Position numbers and translations under genes: made by a program
In this document: piece after piece, positions 19,495 to 28,045 of the stretch
Layout of the letters: every line of letters begins with the position of its first letter
Numbering within the stretch: the first letter of the stretch is position 1
Notes under the pieces: model-generated
Told to the model about the DNA's origin: nothing
Databases searched by the model: none
What the model saw: the letters and a program-made list of their open reading frames with translations, nothing else
Assembly: GCA_013817595.1 (NCBI GenBank)
Contig: JACDCK010000001.1
Coordinates: 1-55,326 of the forward strand
DNA from: Pyrinomonadaceae bacterium
Lineage (GTDB): Bacteria > Acidobacteriota > Blastocatellia > Pyrinomonadales > Pyrinomonadaceae
Direction of reading: 5' to 3'
DNA length: 55,326 nt

Positions 19495-19836
19495 ATGGGA
19501 ACGATTGCACAACGCGACCTTTACCGAATGATTTGTGACTCGAACGAGCGCGGCGAGCGCGTGGTGGTTGCGACCGTGGCTAACACTCGGGGTTCAACTC
19601 CGCAGCAGCGCGGCGCCAAGATGCTTTTTCTAGAAAGTGGCGACGTTGCCGGAACGGTTGGTGGCGGCTGCATCGAAGCAGAGGTCTGGTCGGAAGCGCG
19701 AGAGGCCATGCGATCTGGCAAATCAGCCCTTCACCATTTTTCGCTTACCGCCGAAGAGGCCAGCGAAGAAGGAATGGTCTGCGGGGGAACGATGGATATC
19801 TTTATTGATGTGATCGGTGATAACAGTAATCAATAG
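19495..19836 (+). CDS. XdhC/CoxI-family N-terminal domain protein
   Basis: 113 aa. ERVVVATVANTRGSTPQQRGAKMLF...GTVGGGCIEAEV...GMVCGGTMDIFIDVI matches the XdhC_CoxI N-terminal domain pattern. Confidence 0.7.
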   Translation: MGTIAQRDLYRMICDSNERGERVVVATVANTRGSTPQQRGAKMLFLESGDVAGTVGGGCIEAEVWSEAREAMRSGKSALHHFSLTAEEASEEGMVCGGTMDIFIDVIGDNSNQ

Positions 19837-19849
19837 AGGGATGGATCTT

Positions 19850-19939
19850 GTCAGTACCACCCCGCGGTAGCGGGTTGGGTAAGCGACGCGCCATTGCCGG
19901 ACGGATGGACCCCACCCGCTACCGCGAGGTGGTACTGAC
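19850..19939. repeat. palindromic repeat element, family 'GCGGTAGCG', copy B
   Basis: Left arm GTCAGTACCACCCCGCGGTAGCGGGTTGGGT (19850-19880). Right arm ACCCCACCCGCTACCGCGAGGTGGTACTGAC (19909-19939). The arms are near-perfect reverse complements around a 28-nt loop. The GTACCAC...GCGGTAGCG signature is shared with copy A. Confidence 0.75.
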
Positions 19940-19961
19940 CACATTTTCTCAAGGTTTGACT

Positions 19962-20255
19962 ATGCCCGAGTCCTTCATCGAAAACTACAAGGCCAAGCAT
20001 CAGCACCCGATGAATAAACTCTGCCACAGCGTCGGGATTCCAATGATTGTGATTTCGCTGCCGCTATTCTTCTTCAATTGGCGCTGGGCATCTACACTAT
20101 TCGTCGTAGGCTGGATTCTCCAATTTCTTGGCCATGCGATCCAGGGCAATCAACCGGCGTTTTTCAAGAACCCTGTCTACCTGCTGGTTGGGCCATTGTG
20201 GCTTCTTCGCCGTGCTGCCGCGGCTGTTGGCCTCGCAAAGACACCTGCTAAGTAG
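19962..20255 (+). CDS. DUF962 / Mpo1-like membrane protein
   Basis: KAKHQHPMNKLCHSVGIPMIVISLPLFFF...GWILQFLGHAIQGNQPAFFKNP is typical of the DUF962 family. The start is set at ATG 19962. The track ORF start at 19848 lies inside the palindromic repeat. Confidence 0.7.
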   Translation: MPESFIENYKAKHQHPMNKLCHSVGIPMIVISLPLFFFNWRWASTLFVVGWILQFLGHAIQGNQPAFFKNPVYLLVGPLWLLRRAAAAVGLAKTPAK

Positions 20256-20275
20256 CCCTCTTTCTAACCATCCGA

Positions 20276-21115
20276 ATGCCGGAGCCAAACGAACAGCCAA
20301 CCGCGCTTCTCCTCGACGCGATTGAGCTCGTAATGAACGAAGGCTCGATCGCAGCGCTCGCTACGCTAACCAGTGCTCCAAAAAATGTCGGCACCAAGAT
20401 ACTTGTTCCAGAATCGGGCCCGGCAGTCGGCAGCTTCGGCGATGTAGCCCTCGATAAAGCGGCAGCGCAACGGGCGACTAAGTTCCTGGCAGCCCGAGAC
20501 CAAGCCCATCTATTTCAAATCAGGGACTTTGCTCCCGAGCTGACCGAGTGGGCCGAGTCGAGTATCTTGTTCGAGCGCCTACAGCCAGAACCGCGCCTGG
20601 TGATTTGCGGCGCCGGCCACGTTGGCGCCGCACTCGCTCGCCTGGCAAGTCTTACCGGTTACAAAGCCACGTTGATTGATGACCGTGCCGACTTTGTCGT
20701 GCGCGATCGTTTTCCAGACGACCGTATTGAGTTGATAGCGGCCGAGAATTGGAATGATGCAGTGCGTCAGGCGATTGGGAACGGCCGTGGAGTCTCAGTA
20801 GCCGTAGTGACCCGCGGCCACAATGAGGACGAGGAGTGCCTGCGGGCCGTGATCACTACTGACGCGGATTACGTGGGACTAATCGGGAGTAAGCGGCGAA
20901 CGAATATAGTCCTCCATCGGTTGCGCGAAGTGGGTGCTGAGTTAGAGAAGTTGCGAAAGGTGCACGCTCCGGTCGGTCTGGACATCGGCGCGGTCACGCC
21001 TGAAGAAGTGGCGCTGGCGATTCTGGCCGAGATGGTGGCTGAAAGGCGCGGCGGCACAGGTGGTTCGCTCTCCTCATGGCGCCGAGAATCCGGTTGGGAA
21101 AAGCGAAACAAATGA
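20276..21115 (+). CDS. XdhC family accessory protein (N-terminal XdhC_CoxI domain plus Rossmann-like XdhC_C domain)
   Basis: PRLVICGAGHVGAALARLASLTGYKATLIDDR, VVTRGHNEDEECL, DADYVGLIGSKRRT and APVGLDIGAVTPEEVALAILAEMVA. Confidence 0.8.
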   Translation: MPEPNEQPTALLLDAIELVMNEGSIAALATLTSAPKNVGTKILVPESGPAVGSFGDVALDKAAAQRATKFLAARDQAHLFQIRDFAPELTEWAESSILFERLQPEPRLVICGAGHVGAALARLASLTGYKATLIDDRADFVVRDRFPDDRIELIAAENWNDAVRQAIGNGRGVSVAVVTRGHNEDEECLRAVITTDADYVGLIGSKRRTNIVLHRLREVGAELEKLRKVHAPVGLDIGAVTPEEVALAILAEMVAERRGGTGGSLSSWRRESGWEKRNK

Positions 21116-21180
21116 GGCACTCCCGACCGTACCTTTGTGGCGTTGAAGCTTCTCGATTCGCATGGTAAGAACAATGTGAC

Positions 21181-22452
21181 ATGTCTGAAAACGCCGTGCA
21201 GGCAGAGATCGTTTCACCACCAGTTCGTCCGCGCAGCGGTATGTTCCGCGCGCTCTCGCATCGCAACTATCGCCGGTTCTGGGTTGGGGCCTTTCTTTCC
21301 AATGTGGGCACGTGGATGCAGGCCGTCGCTCAGGGATGGCTCGTGCTACAACTCACGAATTCTGCATTTTGGCTGGGCCTTGACGGCTTCATGGCCACAG
21401 CGCCCGGGTTCTTCCTTACTCTTGCCGGCGGGGTATTCGCGGATATTGCCGATCGCCGCCGGCTTCTCCTTTATACGCAGGTTGTTGCCGGCCTGACCGC
21501 TTTCGCTTTAGCGATACTAGTTGGGACAAACTCGGTAAACGTCTGGATGATTCTCGGGTTCTCCTTCATAACCGGATGTTGCATGGCTCTCGCCGGCCCT
21601 TCCTACCAGGCAATGACCTTCGACCTGGTCGGTCGCGAAGATCTGGCCAATGCGGTGGCGCTCAACTCTTCGCAGTTTCAACTTTCGCGGGTCATCGGGC
21701 CAGTGTTTGCCGGTTTGGGATTCAAGTTATTCGGCTTGGCGGGATGTTTCTATGCTAACGGACTCTCGTTCATCGCAGTAGTGATCGCTCTCAACCTGGT
21801 CCACTTCGACAAAAGCGAGAACTCTACTCACTCCGTCAAAGACCGCCGCGCGCTGTGGAGCGATTTGATCGAGGGCTTCCGCTATGTACGCAATCGCCCG
21901 CGCGTGTTTTCGCTGCTCTCGATCTCAGCAGTAACCAGCCTGTTCGGTGCTCCTTACCTAACTCTGGTGCCAATCTTCGCTCGCGACATTTTCGAACTTG
22001 AGGAGTCCGGGCTCGCCTGGATGATGGGTATAGCGGGAGCGGGGGCTTTTTTCGCCGCGCTACTGCTGGCTTACCTGGGTGACTTTCAGCGGAAAGGCTG
22101 GTCGGTGTTAGGTGGTGCATTCTCTTTCGGGGTTTGTTTGATCTGTTTTGCACTCTCGACCAACCTCGCAATCTCGCTAGTCTTTCTCTTCGGGGTGGGA
22201 TTTTCGATCGTAACCTCGGTGGCCGTCGCTAACACGCTGCTGCAAAAACTTGTGACCGATCAGATGCGCGGTCGGGTCATGAGCATGTTCATTCTCTCAT
22301 TCGTCGGTACGATGCCAATCGGCAATCTGATCGCCGGAGTCGTTTCCCATCGATTTGGCGCGCCTGTCACTTTGGCGGCGGGCGGCCTGGCAATCATCCT
22401 GTATGTAACGATAGTGGCCATCTCTAACGAGCGGCTGCGGGAACTATACTGA
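21181..22452 (+). CDS. MFS transporter (EntS/MFS_3-like)
   Basis: 423 aa with about 12 predicted TM segments. N-terminal FRALSHRNYRRFWVGAFLSNVGTWMQAVAQGWLVL is typical of this MFS subfamily. Confidence 0.85.
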   Translation: MSENAVQAEIVSPPVRPRSGMFRALSHRNYRRFWVGAFLSNVGTWMQAVAQGWLVLQLTNSAFWLGLDGFMATAPGFFLTLAGGVFADIADRRRLLLYTQVVAGLTAFALAILVGTNSVNVWMILGFSFITGCCMALAGPSYQAMTFDLVGREDLANAVALNSSQFQLSRVIGPVFAGLGFKLFGLAGCFYANGLSFIAVVIALNLVHFDKSENSTHSVKDRRALWSDLIEGFRYVRNRPRVFSLLSISAVTSLFGAPYLTLVPIFARDIFELEESGLAWMMGIAGAGAFFAALLLAYLGDFQRKGWSVLGGAFSFGVCLICFALSTNLAISLVFLFGVGFSIVTSVAVANTLLQKLVTDQMRGRVMSMFILSFVGTMPIGNLIAGVVSHRFGAPVTLAAGGLAIILYVTIVAISNERLRELY

Positions 22453-22531
22453 CGCAAGAAAGCTCGTCTAATACGTTCTACTTACGTAAGGCAGCGGTTT
22501 ACCGCTATAGCTTCTTTGAGTTGAGGACAAG

Positions 22532-24742
22532 ATGCGAACCAGAACATTAGCGCTTTGCAGCCTGCTATTCCTTTTTGTGACCGCCTTCACGGCCAACGGT
22601 CAAGGCGTAATTGTGCCGGGGCCTTGCGAGCGCTGCCCTCAACCACCCCGTCCTGTCCCACCAGTTACTATGCCCCGCACGCTGCCGATTAAATCCATCA
22701 AAATTGATACCAAGATTCTCTCGCAAGTGGCGACCACCCATCTCGAACAGGTCTTCCGCAACGACACGGATGCGACGCTCGAAGGCACTTACTTGTTCCC
22801 GATTCCTGAGTCGGCTTCCATCGTCGAGTTTGCTATCTGGGACGGCGACCGGCGCCTTGTGGGTGAGGTTCGGTCTCGCGAAGAGGCTCGACGTATCTAT
22901 GATGAGATTGTCAGACGACAACGAGATCCCGGGCTGCTGGAATACGCCGGCAAAGACCTTTTTCAAGCCAGCATCTTTCCAATCCCGCCTCATTCAGACA
23001 AGAAGCTTGAACTTACCTACACTCAAGTCCTGAAAGCTGAATCTGGAACAATAGCTTATCACTATCCCCTTGGGAGCGGTCGCCAGACGACTCAGATTGG
23101 CTCCGTCTCTGGACGCATCGAGCTGGAAAGCAAAGAACCACTGCGCAATATCTATTCGCCCACGCACGCAGTCGAGGTCAAGCGCGATGGAGAGCGCCGT
23201 TCAGTTGTTTCGTTCCAATCCCAGGCCGGCAAGGAGCCGCAGGATTTCCAACTCTTCTACACGCTCTCGGACGAAGACTTTGGCGTAACGCTGCTGACTC
23301 ATCGTGACGCAGGCAGAGATGGTTACTTCCTGTTAATGATTTCGCCGAAAGACGATTGGTCGGAACAGGAATACGCAGCTAAGGACATTGTCTTTGTGCT
23401 GGACACGTCTGGCTCGATGGCTGACGCCGGGAAGATGGAAAAAGCCCGGGCGGCTTTGCTTTACGGAATCAGAATTCTCCGTCCTCAGGACCGTTTCAAC
23501 GTAGTCTCGTTCGCCGGTGAAGAACGGCTGATGGAAACGAGGATGATTCCAGCCGATGAACAGGGACGCAAGCGCGGTGAGGGTTTTGCGCAGTCGCTAA
23601 GGCCTGTCGGCGGTACGAATATCAATCAAGCACTACTCGTCGGAATGCGGCAGTTTGAAGCGAATAATCGCCCCAGAATTTTAATCTTCATGACTGATGG
23701 GTTGCCGACTGTTGGCGAGACGAACCCCACTCGAATCGTCGACAACGCGCGTTCAGCGCGGATACCGGGTCTGCGTCTTTTCACTTTCGGCGTTGGTTAT
23801 GACGTCAACACGGCTTTACTCGACAAACTTGCGGCTGAAAACGGCGGTGTTGCCGATTACGTCGAGCCGCAAGAAGATCTCGAAGTCAAAGTCTCAAACT
23901 TCTTCGCCAAGGTGAATTATCCGGTGCTTACTGATCTTCGGCTCGACATGTCCGGAGTTCAAACGGATCTTGTTTACCCTCGCGAGCTTCCCGATCTTTT
24001 TCGAGGTTCGCAGATTACGCTTATCGGCCGTTACAGCAATGCCATCGACATGGATTTTGTGCGGTTGCAGTTGAGCGGAAAGTCGGGCGGTGCAAACAGA
24101 AACCACCTCTACAACAATCTCCGTTTCCCCCTGCGAGCAGAATCGAATGACTTTCTGCCGCGTCTATGGGCCACACGCCGAGTTGGCTGGTTAATGGAGC
24201 AGGTTCGCACGAACGGTGAGCAAAGGGAACTCCGAGACGAGATTGTGGATTTGGGAACCCGCTACGGCATCGTTACGCCATACACTTCATATCTTGCACT
24301 TGAACCCAATGTACAGGTTCAGGACACTACGCGGACTTCAGCCACCGGCATCACCCTCGGGGGAGGACGGAGACCTGCGAATGTACCTCCACCGCCGGCC
24401 GTGAAAGCCGCTGACGCGCGGGCCACGACCGGCCTTGCCGGCGTGCAGCAAAGCAAGCGCTCGCGTGAACAGCAGGAAGCCGAGCGTTTCGATCGAGACT
24501 CTCTCTCGTCCGCAGTTAGGACGGTAGGGGGTAAGACATTCTATCTGCGTGAAGGCGTTTGGACTGACGCGGAGTTTAAGCCCGAAGCCCGTTTGCCGGA
24601 GACTACGATGAAATTCAGTAGCGACGACTACTTTGCGTTGCTGAAACAGAAGCCACGCCTCGCAGACTTTTTCGCCCTGGGTGAGCGCATAGTCGTGGTC
24701 TTCGAAGGAAAGGTTTACCGCATCACGGCGGCAGGTCAATAG
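22532..24742 (+). CDS. secreted VIT domain + von Willebrand factor A domain protein
   Basis: Signal peptide. VIT-like N-terminal region (ATTHLEQVFRNDTDATLEGTYLFPIP...FAIWDGDRRLVGEV). vWA MIDAS motif VFVLDTSGSMADAGKMEKA, then FMTDGLPTVGE. Confidence 0.85.
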   Translation: MRTRTLALCSLLFLFVTAFTANGQGVIVPGPCERCPQPPRPVPPVTMPRTLPIKSIKIDTKILSQVATTHLEQVFRNDTDATLEGTYLFPIPESASIVEFAIWDGDRRLVGEVRSREEARRIYDEIVRRQRDPGLLEYAGKDLFQASIFPIPPHSDKKLELTYTQVLKAESGTIAYHYPLGSGRQTTQIGSVSGRIELESKEPLRNIYSPTHAVEVKRDGERRSVVSFQSQAGKEPQDFQLFYTLSDEDFGVTLLTHRDAGRDGYFLLMISPKDDWSEQEYAAKDIVFVLDTSGSMADAGKMEKARAALLYGIRILRPQDRFNVVSFAGEERLMETRMIPADEQGRKRGEGFAQSLRPVGGTNINQALLVGMRQFEANNRPRILIFMTDGLPTVGETNPTRIVDNARSARIPGLRLFTFGVGYDVNTALLDKLAAENGGVADYVEPQEDLEVKVSNFFAKVNYPVLTDLRLDMSGVQTDLVYPRELPDLFRGSQITLIGRYSNAIDMDFVRLQLSGKSGGANRNHLYNNLRFPLRAESNDFLPRLWATRRVGWLMEQVRTNGEQRELRDEIVDLGTRYGIVTPYTSYLALEPNVQVQDTTRTSATGITLGGGRRPANVPPPPAVKAADARATTGLAGVQQSKRSREQQEAERFDRDSLSSAVRTVGGKTFYLREGVWTDAEFKPEARLPETTMKFSSDDYFALLKQKPRLADFFALGERIVVVFEGKVYRITAAGQ

Positions 24743-24766
24743 AACGCTCCTGCCGTACGATCAACT

Positions 24767-24814
24767 ATTGGGCTATGCATTCATAAAACTCGAATGCGTG
24801 GCCCAATTTGTATT
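24767..24814 (+). terminator. rho-independent terminator after the VIT-vWA gene
   Basis: ATTGGGCTATGCATTC (24767-24782) pairs imperfectly with GAATGCGTGGCCCAAT (24792-24807). TTTGTATT follows. Confidence 0.6.
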
Positions 24815-24937
24815 ACGAGCCGGAACTAATGTACAAAGTCAGAATATCAAATCAGCGAGCCGCCGACCGGACTAGAGGCATTGACTAGTCCTGGGCGCGG
24901 CTATCTGGCAGCGGGCTCTTGATCGCACCTGGGTGGA

Positions 24938-25930
24938 ATGAGAATGACACTTCAAAATAAGCATGGCCTGACACAATGCTCAATAGCTTTCCTCGTTCTG
25001 CTAGCTACTGCGTTTGCTACGCTCGCACAGCACGGTTGGATCGCGACCAAAATCTCGTCTGCGTCCGGGGATCTGAATACGGTATTTTTTCTGGATAGCA
25101 AAAGAGGCTGGGTAGGTGGCGACAACGGTTTTCTTGGTCGTACTGATGATGGCGGGCGCACGTGGGTCCAGCAGAGCGTGGGAACTACTGACGCAATTAA
25201 CGATATCTATTTCCGCGATAAGGATGACGGATTTCTGATCGCCGGCAACACGATATTCGTAACCCGTGACAATGGAACGCGGTGGAGCGAGTCGCGTCGT
25301 TTTCTTCCGAGCGAGTTCGATGGGGCTACTGTAGAACTTTACAGCGTTCGCTTTTCCAGCAAGAAGAAGGGCTGGGTAGTGGGTTCAGTAAGCAAGCTAG
25401 ATCGAGTAATCGACAGCATTCTTGTTTATACCAATAACGAAGGGGAAACGTGGCAACGTCAGCGCGCGCCCACCCGTTCGGAGTTAATCCACATTGATTT
25501 CGACAACGACCGCCGCGGCTGGATTGTGGGGGCTGAGGGAACGATCATCAACACGGTCGATGGTGGTCACACCTGGAACCGGCAGACGTCAGGAACCACT
25601 GCGACGCTCTTCCACACGGAATTTCGCAACGATAAGAGAGGCTGGGCTGTGGGCGAGCGGGGCACCATTTTGAGGACAACCGACGGTGGCATCACCTGGA
25701 CGCCGGTGACCGCGGGAATACGTTCCACGTTGCTCAGCGTCGAGTTTGTGAGTGACGATGAAGGGTGGGCTGTGGGACGTGCCGGCACAATTCTGCGCAG
25801 CGACGATGCCGGAGTGTCCTGGAACCAGCAGGAATCCACTATTAAGAACAACCTGTTTGCACTCCACTTTGATAAGAAAATCGGCTGGGCTGTGGGCGGT
25901 AATGGAATGACTCTACGGTATGAAAGGTGA
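24938..25930 (+). CDS. BNR/Asp-box repeat beta-propeller protein (Ycf48-like)
   Basis: Signal peptide plus six SxDxGxTW-type boxes: TDDGGRTW, TRDNGTRW, TNNEGETW, TVDGGHTW, TTDGGITW, SDDAGVSW. Confidence 0.8.
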   Translation: MRMTLQNKHGLTQCSIAFLVLLATAFATLAQHGWIATKISSASGDLNTVFFLDSKRGWVGGDNGFLGRTDDGGRTWVQQSVGTTDAINDIYFRDKDDGFLIAGNTIFVTRDNGTRWSESRRFLPSEFDGATVELYSVRFSSKKKGWVVGSVSKLDRVIDSILVYTNNEGETWQRQRAPTRSELIHIDFDNDRRGWIVGAEGTIINTVDGGHTWNRQTSGTTATLFHTEFRNDKRGWAVGERGTILRTTDGGITWTPVTAGIRSTLLSVEFVSDDEGWAVGRAGTILRSDDAGVSWNQQESTIKNNLFALHFDKKIGWAVGGNGMTLRYER

Positions 25931-26007
25931 GTGCAGGAGCTAAACAGCTGTCAAAACTCAGCCCCGTTAAGGAACACCTTTAAGCGCAGGCAACGTCGTA
26001 GCTCACT

Positions 26008-26118
26008 ACAGAAACCGCAAGCGGAGCGACCGGATCCCAAACTCAACGGGTGTCATTGCGGTTTTACTGTGCGCTGAGTGCTTGGTCCGGTCGCTACCGC
26101 TTGATGGCGCGGTTCTGT
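26008..26118. repeat. palindromic repeat element, family 'GCGGTAGCG/AGCGACCGG', copy C
   Basis: Left arm ACAGAAACCGCAAGCGGAGCGACCGGATCC (26008-26037). Right arm GGTCCGGTCGCTACCGCTTGATGGCGCGGTTCTGT (26084-26118). The arms are imperfect reverse complements. The internal GCGGTTTTAC (26058-26067) is shared with copy A. Confidence 0.7.
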
Positions 26119-26229
26119 ATTGGATCCTAGCGAGCAACGTTTCCCGCTCGGACTCATCTAATCTTCGAGGTTATCAGGATGGCCGCAAAATATAGCGACC
26201 ACCATAACACTCGGTTCCTCCTGTGATTT

Positions 26230-26264
26230 CGCCCGGCATGCGCAATGTGCCGGGCGGTTTTTTG
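26230..26264 (+). terminator. strong rho-independent terminator, + strand only
   Basis: 9-bp GC-rich stem CGCCCGGCA (26230-26238) / TGCCGGGCG (26248-26256) followed by GTTTTTTG. On the minus strand the hairpin is followed by GAAATCAC, so no U-tract. Confidence 0.7.
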
Positions 26265-26324
26265 TCTTGATCTCTGAAAAAAGTGTTGGTGAAACCCCGC
26301 TTGCGATCGCGCGGCAGCCGTTGG

Positions 26325-28043
26325 CTAGGATGTTTTGGTGCCAGTGAATGGCAACTCAGGTGAATCTTGCAGGCTGATGCTTCCGTCCATCTGCGTTCCG
26401 CCAACCTCACCGGCAATCTTAGCTTCCAACGCTTTACCGCCCATTTCAAACGATAATGTAGCCGCGAATGAATCGCCGACGAGTGCCGCTGAAACTATAT
26501 TCGCATCACCCATCTCGGATGCAATGCTCCCGCCCAGTCCGGCTTCTGTTTGCCAGACTTTGAGAGTCGCGGGAATGTTTTGTCCAAACGGCGTTTGAAT
26601 GTCTATCGTCCAGTCACCTACGATGAGTGCCATATCGCTTTCGCCCCTGGGGTCTGAGGGCGCAGAAGGTTTTTCCTTGCGCTTGCCAGCTGTATTGTAG
26701 AGTTCAATCGCATCGGTATAGGGCTTTACCTGCTCTAGAACTTCGGCACCATCCCCAACAATGACAATCGCAGCCTCGTCAGGCCTCACATACGTCGCCG
26801 CCACTGCTTGAATTTCTTCAATAGTCACCGCATGAATTTGTTGCCGGTAAGTCTCCAGATAATCGTCAGGCAAGCCGAACATTTTTATCTGTACCAACTG
26901 GTCGATCAGACCTTCCTGAGTTTCCAGGCGAAGAGGAAAGACTCCGGTTAGATACGACTTAGCGTCTATAACCTCTTTCTCCGACACCGGCTCGGTGCGG
27001 ATTCTATCCAACTCGTAGAAAAACTCCTTCAGAGAATCGCCGGTAACAGGTGTTCGAACCTCAGCGCTGGCGCGAACAGTTCCCGCTGTGCGGCGCGCAT
27101 CAAGGCTTGAATAAGCGCCGTAGGTGTAGCCCTTCTCCTCGCGCAGGTTCATGAACAGCCGCGAGGAAGCATTAGCTCCCAAAACTGTGTGCATGAGCAA
27201 CATCGGAAAATAATCCGGACTAGTGCGCGTTATTCCGGTATTGGCAATCACGATATTTGACTGAGCGGAACCTGGCCGGTCCACGAGATACGCCGAGCGA
27301 GACGCGCGGGATGGAGGGGCAGGGAAATCATCCTTTGGAAGTTCCCCAGGCTGCCAGTCCCCAAACAAACTCTCGATCCTTTTGAGGAGAACATCAGATC
27401 GAACGTCACCTGCTATGACGAACACAGCATTGTTAGGCAAGAACTTAGACCGGTGAAACTTGACGATTCTTTCTCGCGTGGTTGCGTGGAGCGATTCCAG
27501 GGTAGGGGCAATTACAGAGTAGGGATGTTCGCCAAAAACTACCCGCGAGACCATCTCAGTCGCCAGAAAGGATGGCTGGGCTCTCTGCTGTCTGAGACTC
27601 TCCTTCGTGTTTTGCTTGATCAGTTCGACCTCGTTCTCAGGAAAAGAAGGATTGCAAGTTACATCCGTAATCAGGTCGAGGATGTTGTCACTAAAGGTTG
27701 CCAGCGATGAGGCGCCGACGGTGGTGTAATCGGAGTTTGCTCCGGAGCTCAACGTGGCTCCCATTCTTCCGACTTCGTCGGCAATTTGCCGGCTCGTCAA
27801 GGATTCCGTGCCCTCCGTTAAGAGTCCCGTCAACAGGTCAGTCAACCCGGGCAGTTCGGGAGGATCATGTGCATCGCCTGCTCGGAACGCCAGACGGTAA
27901 CTGACCAGCGGCAACCGGGAGTCTTCAACTATGACGACGGTCAGACCGTTCGACAGCGTAGTCTCCGACGCTCGCGGAATGTGGATCGGTCGGGAAGGCA
28001 GGGGCGCGGGCGCCTGGTGGCGAAAGGATTCCTCTGGAGTCAT
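26325..28043 (-). CDS. M16-family peptidase-like protein lacking the HxxEH zinc motif, with ~110-aa C-terminal add-on domain
   Basis: 572 aa with insulinase-fold layout. The zinc-motif position reads LTDLLTGLLTEGT, so there is no HxxEH. The extra C-terminal module is LIVGDWTIDIQTPFGQNIPATLKV...EAKIAGEVGGTQMDGSISL. It starts 2 nt after the upstream M16 gene. Confidence 0.85.
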   Translation of the reverse strand: MTPEESFRHQAPAPLPSRPIHIPRASETTLSNGLTVVIVEDSRLPLVSYRLAFRAGDAHDPPELPGLTDLLTGLLTEGTESLTSRQIADEVGRMGATLSSGANSDYTTVGASSLATFSDNILDLITDVTCNPSFPENEVELIKQNTKESLRQQRAQPSFLATEMVSRVVFGEHPYSVIAPTLESLHATTRERIVKFHRSKFLPNNAVFVIAGDVRSDVLLKRIESLFGDWQPGELPKDDFPAPPSRASRSAYLVDRPGSAQSNIVIANTGITRTSPDYFPMLLMHTVLGANASSRLFMNLREEKGYTYGAYSSLDARRTAGTVRASAEVRTPVTGDSLKEFFYELDRIRTEPVSEKEVIDAKSYLTGVFPLRLETQEGLIDQLVQIKMFGLPDDYLETYRQQIHAVTIEEIQAVAATYVRPDEAAIVIVGDGAEVLEQVKPYTDAIELYNTAGKRKEKPSAPSDPRGESDMALIVGDWTIDIQTPFGQNIPATLKVWQTEAGLGGSIASEMGDANIVSAALVGDSFAATLSFEMGGKALEAKIAGEVGGTQMDGSISLQDSPELPFTGTKTS

Positions 28044-28045
28044 TT

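Noticed and set aside
19723-19961. ORFs 19723..19944(-) and the first 38 codons of 19848..20255(+), which share the peptide VPPRGSG.G.
   Set aside because: Both are mirror translations of the 90-nt palindrome. The DUF962-homologous sequence starts only at ATG 19962.
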